Both the position numbers and the translations under genes were made by a program. The notes beneath the pieces are model-generated. The model ran no database searches and was not told the DNA's origin. It saw only the letters and a list, made by a program, of their open reading frames with translations. A stretch of DNA of 28,651 nucleotides, from positions 1 through 28,651 of the IMG/VR virus record IMGVR_UViG_3300017774_002060. One strand, written 5' to 3'. Shown here piece after piece: positions 17,138-24,459 of the stretch (its first letter is position 1; each line of letters opens with the position of its first letter). This stretch comes from a virus (lineage: Duplodnaviria; Caudoviricetes).

Positions 17138-18937
17138 ATGCCAGCAATCACAGCAAATGTAGTTTTTAAAACATCCATCACCAGTGGTTGGATTGTTCCC
17201 GAAGATTGCACTTCCGTTAAAATAGAATGTTTGAGTGGGACAGGATTTAATTTTCCCAATTATGGTTCAGCATATTCCAGAACAAACAATGTTTCTGTAA
17301 TACCAGGATCAAGATTATATATTGCGGTCGGTGCCGCAGGCGGTGACACATGGGTAAATAAAATATCATTTACAGAACCTACAACTTTAGCCAATGGATG
17401 TCTAGCAGTAACCTATTCATCAGGAGTAGGCCCATGCGACCCTTGCGCTATACCAACAAACGAAAATGATGGTATAGGAGATGTTAAATGGAATGGCGGA
17501 GAGAGTGGGACTCCAACATTTGGAGCTGGTGTATATCTAGGCGGTTGTGGTGGTTCTGCTGGTCCAGCTGGTCGAGGTGGTAATGGTGGTAATTCTCCAG
17601 GATCATCTGCCGGTGCAGGTGGTGCTGCAAATGGTGGAGGAAATGCAAGTGGAACAACAGCAGGAGTAAAAAGAGTAGGAGCCACTGGAGGGGATGGTGG
17701 TGCAGTTGGTAGTAAAGGAACAGTAGAAAATATTTGGACTGACATCACTGAAACTTCTTATGGTTTATCTGGTGGTTCTGGTTCAGGTCCAGGTCTTTCG
17801 TCTTATGGTCCCGCAGCAGATCCATATGGTGGTGGAGGAAGTTCTTTTGGTAGTCAAGGTTTAGTTATAATCACATACACCAGAAGAAAACCAACAAGCG
17901 CAAATACCGTAACCCGTGTCATTAAAGGTCCAGTTACATCAGAACAATATTTAATTCTTCCAGCAGGAACTACTAGGGTAACAATTGATGCTGTTGGTGG
18001 AGGAAGTGCAGGATTTACTGCATTAAGTCCTGGTACCTCTACATCAAGATTTCATGGTGGTGGTGGAGGAAGTTACGCTAACACAGTAAACACAACAATT
18101 TTTCCTACTGGTTCGTTTATCACTTATGCTGTAGCAAATTCTCCAAGTCATAATATTGGTGGTACAAATACTTATGCCACAATTGGATACACGGGAGAAC
18201 CAACATCTCCAGCAAGTATCAATTTTTCTGTTACTGCAAAAACTGCTTTTGGAAGATTTTCAGTAAAAACATCTATCGGACAAAGAGTTGCTAATGGCGG
18301 TGATGGTGGATTAGGATATAGTGGCTCAAATTCTGCAACAGTAAGAAGAGGCGGTGGTGGCGGTGGTGCTGCATTCGGGTTTGATGGTGGTTCTGGAGGA
18401 GGTACCTTCAACCCAACAACAACACCAAGTTTTGCTGGCGGTGGTGGTGGAGGTGCAGCGACTGGAGCATCACCAGGAACCGCAGGATCAGCGGGCGGTA
18501 CAACTGCTTCTCCTGGTGCTACAGGTGGTGCTGGTGGTAATGCTGGAACAGGTGGTGGTCCTGGCGGTGCTGGTGGTACATCTGGAGCCGCAGCAGGAAA
18601 CGGAACTAATGGCGGTGGCGGTGGTGGCGCATTCACTGGCCAACCTGCTGCCCAGCGGGCAGGCGATGGCGCAATGTATAATGTCGCTGCTTGGTATATT
18701 GATACTTATGATGGTATTGTTGGTCCAGTTGGTCCTGGTGGTGGTGGCGGTGGAGCAAACAATACTGGAACTGGAGGAATAAGTTTAGGATATGGTGGAG
18801 GCGGTGGCGGTGGTAGAAATCCAGGAACCGGAACATTTTCTTTAGGAAATACTGGAGTATTAATTATTACATATACCTTCGATCCAAACGCAGCACAAGT
18901 GGCTGCACCATACACATTTGGCTATATCATTGACTAA
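17138..18937 (+). CDS. Glycine-rich putative adhesin with two tandem Gly-rich domains
   Basis: Two units, each starting (V/L)P..(C/T)T.V.I(E/D) and ending G(L/V)(V/L)IITY; extensive polyGly. Confidence 0.75.
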   Translation: MPAITANVVFKTSITSGWIVPEDCTSVKIECLSGTGFNFPNYGSAYSRTNNVSVIPGSRLYIAVGAAGGDTWVNKISFTEPTTLANGCLAVTYSSGVGPCDPCAIPTNENDGIGDVKWNGGESGTPTFGAGVYLGGCGGSAGPAGRGGNGGNSPGSSAGAGGAANGGGNASGTTAGVKRVGATGGDGGAVGSKGTVENIWTDITETSYGLSGGSGSGPGLSSYGPAADPYGGGGSSFGSQGLVIITYTRRKPTSANTVTRVIKGPVTSEQYLILPAGTTRVTIDAVGGGSAGFTALSPGTSTSRFHGGGGGSYANTVNTTIFPTGSFITYAVANSPSHNIGGTNTYATIGYTGEPTSPASINFSVTAKTAFGRFSVKTSIGQRVANGGDGGLGYSGSNSATVRRGGGGGGAAFGFDGGSGGGTFNPTTTPSFAGGGGGGAATGASPGTAGSAGGTTASPGATGGAGGNAGTGGGPGGAGGTSGAAAGNGTNGGGGGGAFTGQPAAQRAGDGAMYNVAAWYIDTYDGIVGPVGPGGGGGGANNTGTGGISLGYGGGGGGGRNPGTGTFSLGNTGVLIITYTFDPNAAQVAAPYTFGYIID

Positions 18938-18938
18938 A

Positions 18939-18946
18939 CATAAATA
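18939..18946 (+). promoter_or_regulatory. Late promoter variant (CATAAATA) upstream of the micro-ORF and gp13 operon
   Basis: 7/8 match immediately after the stop at 18937. Confidence 0.55.
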
Positions 18947-18951
18947 AACTT

Positions 18952-19074
18952 ATGTCTAACGAATTCAAAAAACAATGTGACGCTGGATATTATTGGTGCA
19001 ACACTGATAAAGTCTGCAAACCACTACAAGAAGGTAAAATGGCAGACGATGCTTTTTTATTTAGAGGAATGTAA
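18952..19074 (+). CDS. 40-aa Cys-containing micro-protein MSNEFKKQCDAGYYWCNTDKVCKPLQEGKMADDAFLFRGM
   Basis: ATG 18952, TAA 19072-19074. Fills the gap between the promoter motif and gp13; C-x6-C-x5-C pattern. Below the ORF-track cutoff. Confidence 0.65.
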   Translation: MSNEFKKQCDAGYYWCNTDKVCKPLQEGKMADDAFLFRGM

Positions 19075-19084
19075 AAAATAACAA

Positions 19085-20038
19085 ATGGCAAAAATAACAA
19101 CAAGATCACAATTCAAAACATACTGCCTACGTAAGTTAGGTTTTCCTGTTATTGAAATTAATGTTGATGATGATCAGGTAAATGATCGTATTGATGAAGC
19201 ACTCTCTTTTTGGGGTGACTATCATTACGATGGTACAGAAAAATTGTTTATGAAACATGCTATCACTGCTGAAGATATTGATCGACAGTGGATTTATGCT
19301 CCTGATGCGATACAGTTTGTTACTGGTGTTATGCCATTTGATTTGTCTAACGCATCAATCAATATGTTCGATTTGCGTTACCAATTACGTCTGCATGATC
19401 TCTATGACTTCACATCGGTATCGTATGTGTCATATGAAATTACCATGCAACACTTACGTACATTGAATCTATTGTTCTCTGGTACTCCACAGTTTCGGTT
19501 CAATAGACACCAGAATAAAGTATTCTTAGACATTGATTGGACAAGAGACGTTCAGCCAGGTAACTATGTTATCATTGAATGCTATCGTACATTGGAACCA
19601 GAAACAATTACACTGACAGGTACTTTATCGTGTGCTCCGGGTTCTAATACAGTTACCGGTGTAGGCACAAAATTTGATCAAGAACTTGTTGATTTTGATT
19701 TTATTACAATCGGTACTGAACAAAAACAAGTAAGAAAAATTTCAAGCCCTACGTCTTTAGAGTTGGAAGGTAATCCAGCACAGACTTATACAAATGTAAC
19801 TGCGGTAATTGAAGGTGTAACGGATGTTTGGAATGATAGGTTTCTAAAGAAGTATGCCTGTGCATTGATCAAACGTCAGTGGGGTTCTAACCTCAAAAAG
19901 TTTTCTGGTATTCAAATGCCAGGTGGTGTCACATTAGATGGCCAAGTAATTTATGATGAAGCAGTAGCAGAGATTGAAAAGATGGAAGAAGAAATCTACA
20001 TGATGGGTTCATTGCCATCTGAAATTTTTACTGGATAA
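19085..20038 (+). CDS. gp13: Neck protein gp13 with a ~70-aa inserted domain
   Basis: YCLRKLGFPVIEINVDDDQVNDRIDEAL..W.DYHYDG; WNDRFLKKYACALIKRQWGSNLKKFSGIQMPGGVTLDG. Confidence 0.93.
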   Translation: MAKITTRSQFKTYCLRKLGFPVIEINVDDDQVNDRIDEALSFWGDYHYDGTEKLFMKHAITAEDIDRQWIYAPDAIQFVTGVMPFDLSNASINMFDLRYQLRLHDLYDFTSVSYVSYEITMQHLRTLNLLFSGTPQFRFNRHQNKVFLDIDWTRDVQPGNYVIIECYRTLEPETITLTGTLSCAPGSNTVTGVGTKFDQELVDFDFITIGTEQKQVRKISSPTSLELEGNPAQTYTNVTAVIEGVTDVWNDRFLKKYACALIKRQWGSNLKKFSGIQMPGGVTLDGQVIYDEAVAEIEKMEEEIYMMGSLPSEIFTG

Positions 20039-20040
20039 TT

Positions 20041-20931
20041 GTGGCTACCAACTTCTATTTTAATAACTTTCCTGCAAATCAGATAACCTCTGAGCAACTG
20101 CTCGTTGAAGATTTGGTTATTGAGGCCTTGAAAATTTATGGTATGGATGTTTATTATCTACCACGTACAACCCGTGATGAAGTAGATTATTTATTTGGCG
20201 AAGATACTCTCAAAGAATACCGCACTGCTCATCCAATTGAAATGTACCTTGAAAATACCACAGCAATGGATGGTGAGGGTGATTTCATATCTAAATTTGG
20301 TTTAGAAATTCGTGATGAAGTAACAATGCTTGTTTCTCGACTACGATTCCGTTACACAGTAAATGGTTATACTCGTCCACGTGAGGGCGATTTAATTTAT
20401 GTTCCTATGATGACTTCATTCTTTGAAATCACTAATGTTGAAAGTGAAAATAATCAAGCAATGTTTTACACATTAGGTCGTGGTCGTGGTGGTAATGTGT
20501 ATGTGTATGCATTGCAAATGAAACAGTTTGTGTTCTCCAGTGAAATTATTAATACTGGTGTAAAAGAAATCGATGTTGTCATACGAGATTACTATCCAAA
20601 AACAAGACTCTCACTTTCTGCTGGTGGCACTGGTAAATTCGTAAATGAAGAAATAGTATATCAAGGTGCCAACTTAGCATTTGCAACAGCACAAGCATTA
20701 GTTTATGACTATTTGCCAGGCCAGTATGTTGATGTTTATCGTATTCAAGGCAATTTTGCATCGGGTATAGTTAAGGGTAATACAAGTAGCGCAAACTGGA
20801 CAATCAGTGTTGTTTCCGATGCCGCTACCATGAATAATGTGTTTGAGGACATATTTGACAATGCTCGTATTGAAGCAAGTTCGGATGGCATCATTGACTT
20901 TACGGAACAAAATCCGTTTGGAGAACCGTAA
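20041..20931 (+). CDS. gp14: Neck (head closure) protein gp14 (GTG start)
   Basis: EQLLVEDLVIEALKIYGMDVYYLPR; IEMYLE; SKFGLEIRDE; RPREGDLIY; C-terminal IDFTEQNPFGEP. Confidence 0.93.
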   Translation: MATNFYFNNFPANQITSEQLLVEDLVIEALKIYGMDVYYLPRTTRDEVDYLFGEDTLKEYRTAHPIEMYLENTTAMDGEGDFISKFGLEIRDEVTMLVSRLRFRYTVNGYTRPREGDLIYVPMMTSFFEITNVESENNQAMFYTLGRGRGGNVYVYALQMKQFVFSSEIINTGVKEIDVVIRDYYPKTRLSLSAGGTGKFVNEEIVYQGANLAFATAQALVYDYLPGQYVDVYRIQGNFASGIVKGNTSSANWTISVVSDAATMNNVFEDIFDNARIEASSDGIIDFTEQNPFGEP

Positions 20932-21929
20932 TGTTAGGTAATGCTCAGTTCTATCATCGCACCATTCGTAAGATGGTTATTGTATTTGGTACACTCTTTA
21001 ACGATTTAGAGATTGTTCGATACACACAAGCAGGTGTTCCAAAAGAAAAATGGAAAGTACCACTTTCATATTCGCCTAAAGAAAGATTTCTAACGGCAAT
21101 TACTTCTGATCCAAATTTAATCAAATCAATCAACACAATTGTTCCACGTATGTCGTTCAATCTGGACAGTCTGGAATATGATGTTAATCGTAAACAAGTA
21201 TCCACTCTGATGAATTTTTCTGAGAGTAGTGTCAATAATTCATTAAGCACACAGTTTCTTCCTGTACCATATAACTTTCAGTTTTCATTATCGATTTATG
21301 TCCGCAATACAGAAGATGGCACACAGATTCTTGAACAGATTCTACCATTCTTTACGCCCGACTTTAATGTTACAGTAGACTTTATCCCTGAGATGGATCA
21401 AAAATATAATGTACCTATCATACTCGATTCAGTATCTTCAACTGTAGAGTATGAGGGTGGAATGTCTGAAGGTTCTACACGATTAATTTTGTGGGACTTA
21501 ACGTTCACTGCCAAAGGTTTCATATGGCCTCCAGTCGAAACAAGTAAGTATATCAAGACTGCAAATACTAATTCGTTTATTGATCTGACTACCAAAGACA
21601 TTCAAAAGGTCTATGTTGACTATGCAAATGGTAATGGTGTGTTTGCACAAGGTGAAACTCTTCGATCTAATAATACTTTGTTTGGCACAGTCGATTACTT
21701 CAGTAATTCCTCAAGCGGCATATTAATTGTTACTGGTGCTAATGAGATTATTAAAGTTGGTGATAAACTTACTGGCGATTATACTGGTGCATCATTTAAT
21801 GTTGTTGTGACTGATGTCAACTCACTTAATGTTGTGCAAATAAAAACTACAACCAATCCAGGAACTGCTATTCTTGGTGACGAATTTGGATTCATCGAAA
21901 CAATAAAAGAATATCCTAACACATTATGA
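20931..21929 (+). CDS. gp15: Tail sheath stabiliser / tail terminator gp15
   Basis: FYHRTIRK....FGTLFN; VPLSYSPKERF; PRMSF; PVPYN; QILEQILPFFTP; WDLTFTAKGFIWPP. Confidence 0.93.
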   Translation: MLGNAQFYHRTIRKMVIVFGTLFNDLEIVRYTQAGVPKEKWKVPLSYSPKERFLTAITSDPNLIKSINTIVPRMSFNLDSLEYDVNRKQVSTLMNFSESSVNNSLSTQFLPVPYNFQFSLSIYVRNTEDGTQILEQILPFFTPDFNVTVDFIPEMDQKYNVPIILDSVSSTVEYEGGMSEGSTRLILWDLTFTAKGFIWPPVETSKYIKTANTNSFIDLTTKDIQKVYVDYANGNGVFAQGETLRSNNTLFGTVDYFSNSSSGILIVTGANEIIKVGDKLTGDYTGASFNVVVTDVNSLNVVQIKTTTNPGTAILGDEFGFIETIKEYPNTL

Positions 21930-22336
21930 AAAAATTAAATGCAAATCTGTCGGAGATATTTGATGTTGAACCTATTAAAGAATCCCCACAAGTAGAAACT
22001 TTACCTGCAGTGGTAGAGTATGCTGATCCAGTAAATGCTGATGCAGACTTTGCACGAAACAATATTCGTGAACTGGTAACTCAAGGCAATCAAGCGGTAA
22101 ACGAATTGATGCTCATAGCAAGAGATGGTCAACACCCGAGAGCATTTGAAGTCTTATCTGGTCTAATGAAGAACTTGGCAGACATGAACAAAGACTTGCT
22201 TGAGATACAGAAACGCAAAAAAGATTTAGCACCAAAAGCGGAAACACAAAATAACCTGAACATAGATAAAGCAGTGTTCGTCGGATCTACCGCAGAATTG
22301 GTAAAAATGCTTAAAACTCAAAAACAGGAAACATAA
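21926..22336 (+). CDS. gp16: Terminase small subunit gp16
   Basis: DADFARNNI..L...G..A...L...A....HPRAFEVL..LMK; AVFVGSTAEL; follows gp15 with an ATGA overlap. Confidence 0.9.
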   Translation: MKKLNANLSEIFDVEPIKESPQVETLPAVVEYADPVNADADFARNNIRELVTQGNQAVNELMLIARDGQHPRAFEVLSGLMKNLADMNKDLLEIQKRKKDLAPKAETQNNLNIDKAVFVGSTAELVKMLKTQKQET

Positions 22337-22770
22337 TGGAAACACTTATCAATCAACTCAAAACAATTTTAGGCACAAATTTTGCTTTGTATTTAAAAGC
22401 ACATGGTTATCATTGGAACGTTGAAGGTCCAAACTTTCCACAATACCATGATTTCTTAAATAATCTTTATACTTCTTTATTTGCACAGATAGACCCTATT
22501 GCAGAACACCTTCGTGCATTGAATTCGTATGCACCAGGTTCACTTGCTCGAATGCTTGAACTTGCCGACATTCAAGAAGCAACAAATATACCCGATGGTA
22601 TTGCAATGATGCGTGATCTTGCTGCCGACAATGATCGTTTCATAATGCATCTTCGTGCTGGTATAGTTGCCGCTGATGGTGCTAACGAACCTGCTGTAGG
22701 TAATTTCTTGCAAGACATTTTGGATGCACATCAAAAACATGGATGGATGTTGAGAAGCATCATTAAGTAA
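22336..22770 (+). CDS. dps: Dps-family mini-ferritin (DNA protection during starvation protein)
   Basis: KAHGYHWNVEGPNFPQYH...Y.......DPIAEHLRAL....PGSL and C-terminal HQKHGWMLRS; ferroxidase-equivalent residues H26, H38, D53, E57. Confidence 0.92.
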   Translation: METLINQLKTILGTNFALYLKAHGYHWNVEGPNFPQYHDFLNNLYTSLFAQIDPIAEHLRALNSYAPGSLARMLELADIQEATNIPDGIAMMRDLAADNDRFIMHLRAGIVAADGANEPAVGNFLQDILDAHQKHGWMLRSIIK

Positions 22771-22773
22771 ATT

Positions 22774-24405
22774 ATGGATGACGGATACCTTGGTAATGCT
22801 AGGCTCAAAAGAACGGGCACTGAACTATCCTATACTGAAGAACAAGTATTAGAAACCGCAAGGTGTGCAGATGATCCTGTATACTTTATCAAAAAATATG
22901 TAAAGATTGTCAACGTTGACCGTGGTCTTATTCCATTTGACATGTGGGATTTTCAAGAGGACATGGTACGTACCTTTCATGAGAATCGATTCACCATTGC
23001 AAAGATGCCTCGACAGGTTGGTAAGACAACTACCACCGTCGGGTATATGCTTTGGGCGGCAATCTTCAATGAAGAATATACAATCGGTATTCTTGCCAAC
23101 AAAGGTCAACTAGCAAGAGACATTCTAGGTCGTATTCAAAAAGCATATGAATATCTTCCTGCTTGGTTGCAGCAAGGTATTATGACATGGAACAAAGGTT
23201 CTCTAGAGTTAGAGAATGGTTCTAAGATATTTGCCTATGCCACATCAGCAGCAGGTGTTCGTGGTGGTACATATAACTTAATCTTCCTTGATGAGTTTGC
23301 GTTCGTTCCACACAACATGGCAGTTGAGTTCTTCACCTCAACGTATCCTGTTATCTCATCTGGTCAAACATCTAAAGTAATTATTGTTTCAACTCCTAAC
23401 GGACTGAATCTATTCTACAAGATGTGGACAGATGCAATTGAAAAGCGTTCCACATATAAGACAGTTGAAGTTCACTGGTCACAAGTTCCTGGTCGTGATG
23501 CCAAATGGAAAGAAGAAACGATACGGAACACTTCTGAAGAACAGTTCCGACAAGAATTTGAAACAGAGTTCATTGGTTCATCAGCAACTCTTATTTCAGG
23601 TGTCAAGTTAAGATCATTGGCATTCCATGATCCAATTGCAATGGAAGAAGATTTCAACATCTATGAACAACCTATACCTGGGCATTTATATATTGCCACA
23701 GTAGACTGTTCAGAAGGTGTGAACTTAGACTATTCTACCATTAATGTACTTGATGCCACACAGGCACCATATAAACAAGTAGCACGATACCGTAATAATA
23801 AATTACCACTATTGTTTTTTCCGACAGTCATTTATTCGATTGCCAAACGATACAATGAAGCATTTGTACTGGTAGAAACAAACAATATTGGTCAGCAGGT
23901 TGTAGATATCCTACACTATGACTTAGAGTATGAAAACATCTACAAGACAGAACAGCATCACATCAAAGGTCAGTCTATCTCTTCAGGATTTAAAAGATCA
24001 ACTGCGTTTGGTATCAAGACTACCAAGTCAGTCAAGAAGATTGGTTGTGCCAACTTAAAGACTCTGGTTGAGAATGATAAATTGATTATCAATGACTTCG
24101 ACACGATTAATGAGATGAATACCTTTGTCAGAGTAAGGGATTCATATGCTGCGGAAGAAGGTAGTAACGATGATATCGTAATGGGATTGGTATTATTTTC
24201 TTGGTTGACGGCACAGTCGTCCTTCAAAGATTCTACCAATATTGACATCCGCAAAATGATGTTGGATGAACAAAACATGTTGATTGATGAGACGATGACC
24301 CCGTTTGGGTTCATAGAAAACGGTCTCCAAGAAGAAGTTGAAGATGATGGTGAGGATCGTTGGCACTTTGCTGATAAGCGCGGTTACCCAATGTCAAGAT
24401 TATAA
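22774..24405 (+). CDS. gp17: Terminase large subunit gp17
   Basis: YLGN..LK; Walker A MPRQVGKTT; Walker B LIFLDEFAF; IIVSTPNG; FRQEFE; nuclease acidic motifs TVDCSEG..LDYS and NDDIVM. Confidence 0.97.
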   Translation: MDDGYLGNARLKRTGTELSYTEEQVLETARCADDPVYFIKKYVKIVNVDRGLIPFDMWDFQEDMVRTFHENRFTIAKMPRQVGKTTTTVGYMLWAAIFNEEYTIGILANKGQLARDILGRIQKAYEYLPAWLQQGIMTWNKGSLELENGSKIFAYATSAAGVRGGTYNLIFLDEFAFVPHNMAVEFFTSTYPVISSGQTSKVIIVSTPNGLNLFYKMWTDAIEKRSTYKTVEVHWSQVPGRDAKWKEETIRNTSEEQFRQEFETEFIGSSATLISGVKLRSLAFHDPIAMEEDFNIYEQPIPGHLYIATVDCSEGVNLDYSTINVLDATQAPYKQVARYRNNKLPLLFFPTVIYSIAKRYNEAFVLVETNNIGQQVVDILHYDLEYENIYKTEQHHIKGQSISSGFKRSTAFGIKTTKSVKKIGCANLKTLVENDKLIINDFDTINEMNTFVRVRDSYAAEEGSNDDIVMGLVLFSWLTAQSSFKDSTNIDIRKMMLDEQNMLIDETMTPFGFIENGLQEEVEDDGEDRWHFADKRGYPMSRL

Positions 24406-24408
24406 AAA

Positions 24409-24416
24409 ACTAAATA
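24409..24416 (+). promoter_or_regulatory. Late promoter variant (ACTAAATA) upstream of gp18
   Basis: TAAATA core in the gp17-gp18 gap, followed by an AAGGAG RBS. Confidence 0.6.
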
Positions 24417-24459
24417 CAGTATCAAAGACAATTGACCCAACAATTAAAGGAGAAATCCA

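Noticed and set aside
17413-18915. Pro-rich minus-strand ORFs (17413..17748, 18172..18636, 18706..18915; also 11367..11576) and Val-rich alternative plus-frame ORFs
   Set aside because: Shadows of GGT/GGC glycine codon runs in the real genes; no independent RBS or family motifs.
24430-24445. AATTG-ACCCAA-CAATT hairpin near the gp18 RBS
   Set aside because: Only a 5-bp AT-rich stem; too weak to call regulatory.
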